Shown: positions 41,607 to 55,072 of the stretch, one piece after another
How the letters are laid out: every line of letters starts with the position of its first letter
Numbering within the stretch: position 1 is the stretch's first letter
Source: Iphione sp. A-MEVVRFRX5
Taxonomy: Eukaryota
Length of the DNA stretch: 64,000 bases
Assembly (NCBI GenBank): GCA_976226885.1
Contig: OZ320322.1
Span: 59,024,001-59,088,000, forward strand
Direction of reading: 5' to 3'
Position numbers and translations under genes: made by a program
The notes under the pieces: model-generated
The model's database searches: none
What the model saw: only the letters and a program-made list of their open reading frames with translations
Told to the model about the DNA's origin: nothing

Positions 41607-42079
41607 GTTTTTTTGGACATTTTCTCCATGGAATATGCCTCCATCTCCATGAATTTTGCCGTTTTTTGTCATATTCTCCTTGAAATTTGCCGTTTTTGAC
41701 ATTTTCTCCATGGAATATGCCTCAATCTCCATGAATATCCGTTATGCTCCCATACTTTACTGTGACAAATCAATACAAATCGATAATCAATAGTATCCAT
41801 TAGGTTCCCATACTTTACTATTATGACAGTTTTCCCCACCAGGAGACGCATGGTGCTGGGGTCGCTACTCCGGAGACCCTCCCATCCGGACAATTTTTCA
41901 CATTCCCCTACCCCTCCGGTTAGGGGGGGCCGACGGTATACGTTTTCCATCAACATACACAGATAAGGCACCTATCACATGTGTGCGTTTTTCTAGGGAT
42001 ATATGACCACGTATGTGTAGAAGTATTTTGTCGATTCTATACTTAAGCCCTGAAGCATTCAGATGTATGCATACATGTA

Positions 42080-43409
42080 GGGGAAAGGTGGGTAATTTGG
42101 ACCAGTGGGTAAATTGGACCACATCAAGATCTCTGATTTTCAGGCAAGGAAGGAATATGATCATCATCCAACAACAAGTGATATGACTACACACTGTCTC
42201 AGAACTAAAATATGGTGGATTTGAAAAAACATGTGCCAAGCTGAGACACATTATTGGTTTTACGTCTCCCTGATCTAATTTTACCAATTATATTTGGCAA
42301 TGTAGTTGTGAGCAGAAAGTACATAGACCCCTATCATAACTTTATATCAATACTGTCTCACTAAGAAGCAATACTAACATCAAGTTTAGTCTCTGTCATC
42401 TAAACAAAAATGAGCAGAAAACATTTTTCCTGGGGATTAGTGTGTGGGTAAATTGGACCACTATAGGGAGGGTATATTGGACCACTTTTCAAACTACCTG
42501 ACTCAGTCTAATCTACCTACACAACCATTACCTTTTATTTTATCTGTTAAGCAGACTTTGGAGAAACCTTGTGGTATCCATATTTGGTCTCAACATGGAG
42601 CTATCATATGAAGACAATCTATTTTAAACTAAGACAGTACATGTAGTGCAAGTTTATGGAACTCTATGATATAACCTTTTCTACTGTAAGTATTTTTTTA
42701 TCGAAATGAAAGGCATCATTTTAAAAAATAAATAGGGAAACATTTATTGGTTTTATTTATTTACTTTTGGGGTTTTAACATATTTTGGACTTTTTAATGA
42801 CAAGATAACTGGTATAGATGTGTAGTAATTTGACCAGTATTTAAGAAGGTCACCAACAAAGCTCCTGTCACTAGTGCAGGGAGCTTTTTAGGCCTAAGAG
42901 GTTATCTTGTCAAATGAATTTTTCCACTTTTTAAAATGTTTGGTGAAATATTTTAAATATACATGTACACACAGTTTATAAAGTTGCAGCAACAGGTATG
43001 AAAGGAATCTAATACCCCAGGAATGCAGGTCCCATTCCATTGTACATATTTTGATGGTAGAAGTCACAAAGTCCATTGGCATTACAACTAATAGTGACCA
43101 AAACTTTTCAAAGCCATGCTGTTGTTCATGGGACTTACAATTTTAGGACCTAGAGTCATTTTACACCTGACTGTTCAGACTATGGCACCTGGTCTAATTT
43201 ACCCTCCTTGTTGGGTAAACTGTACCAGTCATAAAAAAATTTCAATTGCATTTTACTCAAAGACTAATCTAACTAAAATTCCCCCAATTTGTTAAAATAT
43301 GCTGCAGCCCCTATTGCTTCAAAATAAGCAAAGCTTTTGGACAGTGGCTTAGACATTTTGATTTTAGAGCATGTTTTTCTTAGGGGGTCCAAATTACCCA
43401 CCCTTCCCC
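42080..43409. mobile_element. Non-autonomous Tc1/mariner-superfamily (pogo/Fot1-like) element with GGGG termini, 1330 bp
   Basis: TIRs GGGGAAAGGTGGGTAATTTGGACC / GGTCCAAATTACCCACCCTTCCCC (24 bp, 1 mismatch), with TA on both flanks and internal repeats of the GGTAAATTGGACCA motif. No transposase ORF is visible. Confidence 0.82.
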
Positions 43410-44869
43410 TATTTGTCTACATCTATGCATCCATACACGTAGATGCCCAACCCATCCAGACACATTTTCTATGCATACAGATGCATAATTTATAGAAAGC
43501 AATGGCGACGAGACATCTCCTCAACTTATGTTATTTATTAAAATAGTCGATGCAGGAGGTAATCCACACCTCTGCATACGTAGACGTATTTCTCGTCCAG
43601 AAGTCTTATGCACATATGTGATAAGGGTCCGAGTCCTGTCCAAGGAGGCCATGTAGCGGCACGGGGCAGGGGGGCTTGACTGCTTTAGTCATTACCCATT
43701 CCAGTATTTCACAGACCTGAAGCCTCTCACAAAAACCCGGTTTGGCATGAATGGACCACTTTTCTTGTCAGCGCCGACAAAGCCGCCATGTTTTGCTGCT
43801 AACCGGAGTCCGATTGACGGCGCGCGCATCTCGCGAGAGCTAGCTCCGGTCTCGCCCGGCTCACAGAAACACGGCTATGTTGTATAGTTAACGCTCCAAC
43901 TCGCCCTTCTGACAACATAATTCATACATGTTTGAAAATGTGTAATTTAGCCGCCGCCAGGAGCGCTGCTAAACGGCCGCCAGGGAGCGCTGATTGCCGC
44001 CATTAGACGCTGACGGGGATCTCCACGGTGGACAGAGAGCGCCGCGCGGCCCTGGCGGAGGAATACGATACTACCTCATCAGACGCGAGGGCCGATTGTA
44101 GGGTTGGGCACTGCTGGCACAGACCTTAAAGACCCCGTGTGTCTAACATGGAAATGATGGATCTTGTCCGGCTGCTACTGTCAGCCGCTCAGTGGTATAA
44201 TACACACACACGTGGAGAAGAGGAAGAAGACGCATTAAAAAAATAGGCCCGAAATGATAATCGTGTAGTTGATAACTATACTCAGGCTTTTTTCAAACGC
44301 CTCTCTCTAGTAAAGCCTTTCTTCTCTTTGCGATGCGGACTCGTTCCTCTATTTATATGGTATAATTATGTGTGTTGACTTCTTCGGCGTGTTTCAAACA
44401 ATTTTTGGAAAGACGTGATCGAATTTATCAATGCGAAGTTAAATTCAATGTCAACGACCTGTGCAGGAAAATCAAAACTAGCAGTCTGAAGGTTTATTCG
44501 AAGCAATTGTATATTATTGTATAGGCAACAGTCTAACGTACGCCTCCTTCATATACATGTACAGGCCATTACACTTTGCACAAGGACTGTTGGTAGCTGT
44601 GAAGATGTTCAGCAGGACTCCTTGTCCTTGTTTCAAAGCTTACCAGAACCTGTGGCCTGACTTTCTTTATGCACACGTCGAGATCATCTTCCTTCTGTGT
44701 GTATCATGTTATCATCTTGTCAGGATTCCGGTCCACATATACTTAGAGAGTAACCGTAGGCTTCCATTTCTTTGTATCCAGGTCAGCACAACCTGTCCAC
44801 TGATTGGAAGTATTTTGTGAGAATATAAGTACTTTGCTGTTATTCATATCCAGGATATTACCCTGGAAA

Positions 44870-45104
44870 GTGTACAAGTGTGCACGTATTTGTGGGGGTG
44901 TGGAAGTGTATAAGTGTACATGTACATACATGTATTTGTGAGGCTGTGAAAGTGTATAAGTGTACACATATAAGTGGAGGTGCGGAAATGTATAAGTTAA
45001 CATGTACATACATGTATTTGTGGGGGTGTAAAAGTGTGTAATTGTACGCATATTTGTGGGCGTGTGAATGTGTATAAGTGTACACGTATTTGTGGGGGTG
45101 TGAA
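44870..45104. repeat. 36-40-bp minisatellite
   Basis: Repeats of GTGTATAAGTGTACACGTATTTGTGGGGGTGTGAAA and variants. Confidence 0.85.
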
Positions 45105-46608
45105 TATAAGATCCTACACGGTGTAGACATTAACAGAATTTTTGTTTAATATTCAGTAAATCACACTTTGTAGAGCGTCATTATTTATGCAAACATTGAA
45201 AGTGGCCCCTTTGTCCTCGTATTTGTGATATTAAAACCATCGAGAGAGTCTTCCTTTCCTGTTTTTCTTCAAACACTGATGTGTGTCCCCCATCTCCATG
45301 GGCACACCATTTAAGTCACGACATATTTGTGAAAGATGTCCATTCTATTCCTAACTGTCGATTTTCTACACCGTGACCGCTTGCACATTCTTTTCGTGCA
45401 ATATTCCCCAACAACACTTTGGAGCATGGGGCAGACACCTAAGATTTAAAAAAAACCAAACAAAACACTTCACTTTCTTCTTCCTTTGCGCCAACCACCT
45501 GTTTATGATCTGATTTATGTATTTGTTTTCTGCGTGGCACTTTTCTCGAACGCCTCCAAGAGGGACAGCGCCTCCTCGCGGTGGCCGAGGTGGGAATTAT
45601 ACTCCCTCCTCCTCCGCTTGTCCCCCGCGGGCGTTGGGTACCGGCGGCGGCGGCGGCGGAGACGGCGGCGCAGCGGGCGACGGGCGACGCCGCGCGGGCC
45701 CCGCGCTCACCGCCGCCGCCGCCGCCACGCCAGGCAGTTTGTCATCGCACGTAAAAGCGCCGATAAGTGTGCGTCTTGACACCCGGCACCTCCGGCAATG
45801 GAGGCCGCAAACAAATCGCAACTTATTCAAATATTTCCCACTTAACAGACACGACGGCGGCGGCGGTCACATATCACGGCCTCTCGTTCTGCCTGTCAAG
45901 ACGACCGCCATAAAAGCGGGCGACGAGCCTCGTTATCGATACTTTGGGAGAAGACAACTTTCCTAAATTACTTGCTCCTCCGACAATATATGTCAGCAGC
46001 TGATTGCACAGACTCGAGATACATCCAAATTACAGTAAAAATTTACCCACAGTGTATTTAGTGCGCGCCTCATTACTTCCTATAACAAACACGGAGAGAA
46101 GTGATGGAAGTCGCTGGGTGTACATGTAGTAGAATGAGTGGCGCCCCTGTGTGGCGGAGGGGGTCCCTGGACGGGGATAACAAGCGGGCACTCGTCGTTA
46201 TTCAAACACCGAGAAGTGGTCCCCGACAAAATGTGCCAGAATTCACCATATTAAGTCGATACTTCTTCCCCTCTGGCTTCGGTAGTTCTCCTCACACCTG
46301 GCTGTACGAATGGGTGACTGCTCGTAATTTCAGGGATAATTGTTGAAAACTTTACCTCCGGCCACGGAGCACAGTCTTACACCACCCATAATTACAGGGC
46401 ACCGCGACCAGAAAATGTGAATGCAGTATATAAGGACGAAAAACATCAAACAATAAAAGGTGTTGAATAGAATGAAAAGTGTCCGTACGCTTTTGTTTCT
46501 TTATGTTTTGATATTGACATTCATATGGAGATACATCTGTATGATAAGACTGTCCACCCCATATGGATAGGTAAGGCCCTACAGTAGTGTAATATGTGTC
46601 TCTGGACT

Positions 46609-46965
46609 CAGATGACTGATGGTTGGTGAAAGAAAGAATGTCCACATGAGATATGAGTTCAGCGTTGTCTGTCTTAAGTGCAGTGAAAGACTAACCCATT
46701 ATTCAAGAAGTAGGTTCCTTATATACAAAGTCTGGCCCTAAGGGTGGCTATGTGACATAATCAATCATCTAATTTACATCAACAATTAACACCTTTTTGA
46801 TTGCCTATTAACAGTTCAAGTTGGAATACTTCCAGTTCAAGTAAGAATATCTGTAGATTGCCAAAAGCCCTGCCTTAGTAGGTTTTGATCAACATCCTGA
46901 CTTAGCAAAGTACAATTCTTAAGTATTGAAAGCCCAATATTCTGGGTTGAGACCAAACTGCTACA
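46609..46965. repeat. Dispersed repeat copy 2 (uninterrupted; contains the empty site for MITE A)
   Basis: Same shared blocks as 33110-34071. It reads TCTTAAGTGCAGTGAAA where copy 1 has TCTTAA-[MITE]-TAAGGGCAGTGAAA. Confidence 0.8.
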
Positions 46966-47006
46966 GCAGCGACTCGCAAATGCAACCACCCATGGGACCA
47001 GGCTTA

Positions 47007-47571
47007 GCTCAGTTTCCATGTCTCTGGATTTTTTTCCCCGCACAATGGACTGCCTGGTGTGGACAAAATGAAACAATGACTTTCAACATGGTGCATGGTG
47101 TGGAGATGGAAAACAGACCATGTTCATTTTTTTCCACACCAGGCACACACACGAGTAGGATAGAGAGATGGATGTTTTTTTTTAGCAGGATAGCCACTGT
47201 CTATCATATGATAGATGTTGTGAATCATTTTGTAATTTGCATATCATTTGCATAAAACCACACAATTTCTATCGATATGCCTCAGCCTCCATGAAAGCTT
47301 GCACAATTTTGACCAATATGCCTCAACTTCCATTAAAAACCACACAATTTCTTTTGATATGCCTGAACCTCCACGAAAAAAAATATATATGTACATACAT
47401 TACAATACATAATTACATACATACATTACATACATACATGTACATCACATCTTACATCAAATCCAGATGCATGGAAACTGGGTGTGTGTACTTGTGCAGA
47501 AAACAGGTCATTTTCCGGATCTGAAACACAGTACAGAAAAAAAAATGAAACACATGCATGGAAACTGGGCC
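47007..47571. mobile_element. PIF/Harbinger-like MITE, copy B (same family as copy A)
   Basis: TTA-GCTCAGTTTCCATG ... GCATGGAAACTGGGCC-TTA. Internal sequence is collinear with copy A (e.g. TTTGCATATCATTTGCATAAA, CACACAATTT). Confidence 0.8.
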
Positions 47572-49458
47572 TTAAATTGTCACAACTGCTGGTTGGTCTC
47601 TTTTCTGAAGTAGCTGGGTAGGGGGTCAAATATGAAAATAATAATATATCGTATTTTAGGAGACCGGGGTTGTTTTTTAAAATACCACATACAGTTCAAA
47701 CAAAGGAATGGGCGAGTGGCAGGAGAGGTGTAAGGAACATCCAAAGGGTGAAAATACCGCATATACAGTTGAAACCCATAGTACAGACCGCAAAATCATC
47801 AAGTCCCAAATGTTATTGTATACAACTCACAGGGGAAACCAACTCAGGGGAGAGACCCAAATGCTTCAGTCTCAAGCTTAGTGTCCAATGAATCTCCACT
47901 GTACGTTGTATTTGCCTGACAATACTCTGTCCATAGGGGGGGGGGCATCGGGTGAAATATGCTGATCTCTTTGTATGGATGTTATGTCACATACATGGTC
48001 TATAGGCATTCATGGTATAAAAAAATAGTAAAATTGTCTGGATTCAGGATGTTGTATACACGTGTCCGCCAGTGACCTTTGCTCTGTGTACTTATAAAAC
48101 ACTCATATTGTATACAAGGAGGTGTACGATGACTCGGCCTGTCGCTCCAAGCGCCGACCACAATATAAGGATGAGCAGCTCGATGTTCGAGCGGTTCACG
48201 CCCTTCATCAGCTCGACGGCTGCGACTCATCGAGGAAGAAGTTCACAACATGAACGACTCTTTCCTCCCGCTCCTGATGCTGTTGCTGCTGCTGCTGCTG
48301 GTCGGCAGGCAGACTCGACCTGGAATTAACCCTTCTCACACGACGTGTTCCTGGTGCCGGGGGTGGGGGGCTGGGAGCTGCTCGTCTGGCCGAGCAGCTC
48401 ACGCCTGGCGGGAAGAGCGGCTATTTCCAGCCGGTCTGGGCGAGGTAACATTCTCCTGCCGCTGCCAGTGCCATCCCCAGCCGCCAGTGGTCAGGTGAGT
48501 AAGGCCAGAGACGGGAGGGGGGAGGGGGTTAGTGGGGGGAGGGGGAGGGGGGAGGTGTGAACGTCCACACCGACCAGCGGCCACGCGATTAGACGAGCAC
48601 ATCACGCTAAACAGGCCCCCGAGATTCCGAGGGGTTTGACGAGTCGACACGACGTACTCGGAGATCAAACAAAACGTTGGCAGACACCGCGCTGCTGCTG
48701 CTGGGGTGAACAGCACGCGCCCTTCTCTTTAACCCTTTCTTGTTAAATATGTGGACCCGGAGTCTCCCTCAACCAATACAGTGTGTTTTTCTACATGTAG
48801 TTGGAAGCAGGTGATTGCAATGGACCAAAAAATCACTGACTTTCGATTCATAGATACCGTATAGGTAGATATCATTCTGCAGATAATGATAGAATGTCGT
48901 TGGAAGGAACCCCCCCCCCACGCAAAGAAAATATTGTTTACACATGGGCATACGTGTACACGAACAAAACTGACAATCGGACTAAAAAATTAAAAGAAAT
49001 CAGTAAAAGCACCTGTGGCTCCTGTCAGGTGGTACGAGAGTTCGTGTTCGTGGTTATTTATCCAGTATCCAAGGACGATTTTAAACATGACCTCATATAC
49101 TAAGGAGATCCTAAAGTTTGCTGCAATCGTTGAAGGTGGTTGTATGTATGAGATCAATGACTGAAGGAACTTTATGTCGCCTGGAGGGAGGAAGGCCACA
49201 CTGGGATGGATCCTTTCTGGTCTCGTTCCCTCCCGCCATTGTTAGTTAGGAGGACCGTACGGCAGGTATAGGCAGTGTTGTCTTTGTTCATTTATTGCAA
49301 TACACCAGTATTAAAATGAATAAACAAGGATACTTTTCCATACAGTGTTCAGGCTTCTGTGTCACTCTCGGTCTCGGTGGAACATTTTGAACAGCTGCTG
49401 GGGGCTGGAAACTTGGTTCTCTATCCTGGTTTGGTCTCCTATACATGTATATGGCTTA

Positions 49459-50081
49459 GGCCGGCTTTCCATAGGTACGGATATTTTTCTGCCGTACGGA
49501 AAATCGGTCGATTTTCCGCACTTCTCCGCATCTCTCCAGACAGGTGCTTTCCATGTATATGGAAAATAGAGGGATGGAGGCAGGGAGGCAGGGAGGCAGG
49601 GAATCATGTCTGAATGATATTGATATGTAAGTATATTGGTGCAAATTGTGTGGTTTTTTGTGGTGATTGAAGCATATTGGTGCAAATTGTGTGTTTTTTT
49701 GTGGAGATTGAAGCATATTGGTGCAAATTGTGTGTTTTTTGTGGAGATTGAAGCATATTGGTGCAAATTGTGTGTTTTTTGTGGAGATTGAAGCATATTG
49801 GTGCACATTGTACAGGTTTTATGCAAATTAGAAAATATTATACACCATCTAACATATGTTACACATTGTCTTTTCTTCTTAAAATGCTTATTTCAGTTGA
49901 CTTCTGGTCTGTGTGGGTGTCCGTGGTCCGGAATCCAGAGAAATTTACGACCCAGATCCGTTTTTGGCCCACGGACCCGGGTACATTGAAACAATCATGT
50001 TAACTACCATAGGATCGTTTTTTTTCCACACCACGCAGTCCGGACTCCGGAGGCTATTTTCGTTTGCATGGAAAGCCGGCC
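49459..50081. mobile_element. PIF/Harbinger-like MITE, copy C (related family, internal repeats inverted), with a tandem array of about 40 bp at about 49630-49810
   Basis: Perfect 14-bp TIRs GGCCGGCTTTCCAT / ATGGAAAGCCGGCC with TTA on both flanks. The internal unit GCATATTGGTGCAAATTGTGTG closely matches the reverse complement of the internal repeat of copies A and B. Confidence 0.85.
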
Positions 50082-50941
50082 TTAGTCTCCTCTGTATTGA
50101 TTTATCTCCCAACGTACATACACATTGATTCGTGTACAGTCGCCTCTCAATTAAAGACCACATCATAGGAAAGACCAGACCGCATAATGGACCACTTTCT
50201 CATAGAACCAAGTAGTTCCCGGTACATTTCCTATACAAGATAAAACCGTCGATATTTATAGTGCTGTTGTGAGTAAGAGGAGTGAAGTGTCGCAGTGAAA
50301 GATGACTGTAGAAAGCTGAACTTGCAACACATTATTCCAAGAGTAGATATATATAGTAAACCACATATTACTCCCAAAAAAGAAGCAATAGTGGGACAAG
50401 CAGAGTGACTACACCATTCTGGGTTGCTCTACGCTATGGGTGGTAAATGCATGCCTGTTTAATATGGATCCATAAAGTTATGCTAATACAACCAAAAGCA
50501 TAGCTACCCCCTCCCCCATGGATTGCGTAAGTTAATGAGTTGCATATGGTTACCAGATGCCTTTTACTATAGACGTTTATGGGTTATGCTTCTGTAGCTG
50601 TAGAAAGCCCATTCTCCTCTGATTCAGAGAAACAGAAACGGATCCGTTAGTGTAAGTATGCCTCCATGTGAAAGAGCTAGTTGATTGGAACAAACCAAAC
50701 AGATTTCAACATTGTCAGATGCTTTTGCATAGCCTCATAAGTATACACGTGAAACTGGCCTTATTGTGGCTTCTGAGCATTTGCCCCTATATAAAACCCT
50801 TCTTATCCATTATGGCCATGTTAACCTATAACCCTTGCACCTCAGTGTACATTACACAAGTGTAATGTGTCAACATGACACGATAGCCTTGTGTGCTCAA
50901 AAGGCCCTCAAATAATGTCGTGATTTATGATCATGGGCTAA

Positions 50942-51165
50942 AGCCGGTTTCACATGTATGTGTGATAGCTTAACACGTCTATTTGCATTTCCCTAAACCC
51001 GTCCAGGACAGGTGTATCAGACATGCTGATGCATTTCTCCACAGGAAAGGATAGTGCGAACATTTGTCTGACCATCTGGTATTATGTCATAATACACCTC
51101 TACGGGGCTTTATGCACAATGCACAAGGCACCATGAAAACATGTAGTATACATGTGAACCCTGCC
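50942..51165. mobile_element. Short degenerate PIF/Harbinger-like MITE
   Basis: AGCCGGTTTCACATGTAT ... ATACATGTGAACCCTGCC with TAA and TTA flanks. Confidence 0.5.
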
Positions 51166-54100
51166 TTAAAGGTTTGCTCACTAGATTAGGATTGCCCACT
51201 GTGACGACTCAGAAATGCTTTGGTTTTACATCTCATCTTACATCCTGAGTTATGTGCAAAACAATTTCTGTAGGCATATACTAGTCTATAAAATTGCCAC
51301 TAGGATCCTCCAGCACTTGTCTTTAAGGCAATTTATACCATTATAGAAACATTGTATGTATCAAAATATATGAGAAGTTTGAATACATTCTATAGGTAAC
51401 TGTTTTAAAACTGACTATAAACACTGTCACAGAAGACCAGCTTACAGGGGAACCTCAAGCGCAACTGAAAGGAAACCCCAAGACGAATTCAAAGACCATA
51501 GGGTTGACCAAATGGCTACGGCAGGTGCGAAGTCTTCTCTTCACACCTCCCGGTGTTTATGGATATGTACAGTCGACTCTTGCTTCAAGAGCACTACTGG
51601 CGGGACTGGGTGCGGCAGAGGGGTATGCACATAGCCCATCCACGCCCTCGTGTGTGTGTGTGTGTGTGTGTGGCGGGGGGTGGGTGTATACACATGACTG
51701 TATGTGTAAAAGGGGCACTGAGACTGACAGATATATTGGTATGGCCGCAGGGGTAGCCAGACCAAGGTGGTGACTACATACGACCCTTCGGTGGTCGCCC
51801 CAACGGGAGTCTACAGTACATTTGGATCTCTCTCAATGGCTTTATCATGGGACAGATTCCTCGTCTTCAGTGTAACTGGACACCTGAGCTGGAAGGTCAT
51901 ATGATGAAAGGAACACAGACGGCATACTAGGGCAGAATGTTAAAATCAAGTGGCATTGTCGTCAGTGGGAAGCCACAGAAAAACTTGAGGGGAGCTAGAG
52001 AGGAGGGACTAGAGGAGTGAAATAAAAGCCACTGAAAAAAGAGGTTTTATGATATAGAACAGCGACAGCTGAGTGACTTTTCATCAGAAGGTAAGCCGGG
52101 GTTGAAGTAAATTGGAAGCCAAATAAATGGAAGGAAAGTAGTAGCTAGTTATGAGGGAGAAATTAGCTGATGGACAATAAAGGAACTTAAGAGACAATTA
52201 AATAACACGTTTTGGGAAAACTAAATCGAAAGCTGCATAAATTGGGCAGTAGAATCTACTTTTTGAGAGGAAAGATAGTAAAAGAAACAGCACTTTAATT
52301 CAGTACTCTGAGTGAAATTAGATTGGGTAGCCACATAGAACTGATCTTTTTCGATGGAAGATGAAGCTACTTATCGAAACGTATCTCGCGGAGATTGAAT
52401 AGAAGCAGTTACAAAATCCTGACAATAAAACTGAAAGCCACATTAACAAAAAACAGTGGAAGCTACTTATGAAAATAGAAAGAGACGACTATAATAACAG
52501 TAGGTATGGGGCTTTGCCAAAACCTATAATTGAAAGCAATTGACGAAAGATCAGTTAGAAGCGATCAAAGGAAAGTAGAGGAGACTTGAGACAAGTAAGA
52601 GGAGGATATGCACACCATAATTTTGATAAAAAGCCTTGAGGGGAAATCAAATTAGAAGCTAGACAAAAAAACACATGTGAGAATGAGAATTCACAGAGTC
52701 CTGTATTGATACCCAGCTAACACATGATGTTAAAATACATTTACAGAATTTGCTAGTTTGGTTGAGCTAGAAAAAAACCTTCACACATCATTGTATACAT
52801 GTTAAATCAAAATATTCAGGTCACATTAGAATGAAATCTTCCTGAAACACTTTGGTGTGTTTGGGTTAAAAGAAACCTTCAGACAATGTTGTATGAGTGT
52901 TAAATGTTTAGGCAACATTAGCATAACACGTTCCTAGGATGTTGCAGTTTGGTTAGTAATGTTTCTAGAATGTTGTAGTCTGGTTATATTGGACAATGAG
53001 CATAGGGAACTTTAAGTTGATTTAATACGAAATCATGAAAGTATATAGCGTGTAAGCTGTCGGAATTTGAATCAGAAAATGGGGGTTCAAATTACAAAGT
53101 GGTAAGGCAGACCTTTTTCTAAGAGAACTTTTTGAGGATTTTAAAAAGTTTTTTTGGTAATGATTTACTACAACATTCTATAAGCAATTAAAAAAGTGCA
53201 CCTTCTAATATTCTACAAATGTCATTTTACAACGTTCAACAAACCGAAAGTTAATTGCTACTTGAGTAGAGGTTCCACAAACTGAAAAGGGTAAGACCCC
53301 AAAGGTGATACAACCTTCAAACTGATGACATTGAAATGATATTTTTACTAATAATTGACTAAGTCTCCACGTTTTACATATGTAGTCAATATTGTAAAAC
53401 GACATATATTTATTATAAAGCCTGCATTGAATTTAATATTTAATATATACAGTGCCCCCTTAGGCTGCATCCACCTCTCTAATAAGACCATTTTTTTAGG
53501 AACAGAATAACAATTCTGTATACATATTCCCCTCTCTAGTAAGACCACTCCCTAATGAGACCAGTTCAGTTAAGAACCAAGGGTGGTCATCTTAGCAAGG
53601 TTTCACTCTATGTGATAATCTCTTTCACTACTTTAATACATTCAATTGATGATCAATGTATGTATTTCTTATCATAATATGAAGCCATCTGAAGCCTGAA
53701 GCCACGTTAGGGACATTTTCACACAGAGTATACATTGCCTCTGTCCATGTTTATGATGTACAAACGTTTTAGATTCGCTCATGTGTTTATAGGCTTTTAG
53801 TTTGTCAGCGTCAACAGAGAGCAAATAAACACGTGATCTCATTCTATCTCTCAACGTTTCCTTCTCTTCCGGCTCCGACGATTAACAAAAATATAAGCAA
53901 TAAGCATAAGCAATATGCAAAGACACTGTTATGCCTTGCAATTTTTTCTAAGCATACCAATATTCCTTCTAACGTGAAGATGGTGGAGTGAGTAACTTCT
54001 GTCCTTTGAGATGTCCATAACTCAAACCTTCTTGTCTGTGAACCTTTATTTCGATATGATAAAAGTCGCATCCATCATTTTTTGTCACATAAGAGTATAG

Positions 54101-54923
54101 AATAAAGTAGATTACCGCTTTCATAACTAGCGGCAGATGAAATGAGCGCTGCCTGATCCGATAAATGTGTACGTGTGCGTGGAAGCAGCCTGGGTGTGTC
54201 GAACATCAAGTACAAGAAGGTTTGTTTTTTCGAGGCCATGGGAGTAAAAACCAGCCGTATAGTTGTCTGCCTGTTAGATGATTCAACAATGCGTATATAT
54301 CCTCATCGACTATATCATTGGCCGGCGGACACGCCATTAAATATCATTTAGTTATTTCTGCATGGAATTTGTGCCTCTCGGTTCAGCAGCACGACAGAAA
54401 GGAAACATATTTACCGGACGAAAAACTGCTTATAAATGCATCTCTGGCGGTAAAGAGAGATTATTTGACGTTTGGTATCCAGCATTTCACCTTCGTAATT
54501 TGTCTCCGAACGAATATAATGCAGCCTACCAAGCGAGAAGAAATGTGCGTATCATGTTAATATTCGTGTTAAACGATCAATGTTTCAACGTTTATTCTAT
54601 TACGGCTGCTAAGGAAGATAGGGAGGAGTTGACCGGCCGCTCGACGGCGCCCATTCGTGGTTGCATATAATTTGATTGTTGCAATAAAGATAGCGTTAGA
54701 TAGCGGTTGTCAGCCGCCACCAGATATTAACATCACGTGTCTATGCGTCGGGGCGTCGGCCATCGCTCACCGCCTCGCCTGGCGCGGCCCCAGCCCGCTA
54801 GGAAGGGGAGACGGCCCTATTATCGCCCGCGGCCATTAGCTGATAACGACAGCGGCGTGATAGACTCCCCGCTCCGCCCCCACGCACACCCCCCACCCCA
54901 CGCCCGTATGAGGGTTAATCTGC

Positions 54924-55072
54924 NNNNNNNNNNNNNNNNNNNNNNNNNNNNNNNNNNNNNNNNNNNNNNNNNNNNNNNNNNNNNNNNNNNNNNNNNNNNN
55001 NNNNNNNNNNNNNNNNNNNNNNNNNNNNNNNNNNNNNNNNNNNNNNNNNNNNNNNNNNNNNNNNNNNNNNNN
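54924..55072. other. Assembly gap (149 N)
   Basis: Run of N followed by (GGA/GCA)-rich low-complexity sequence. Confidence 1.
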
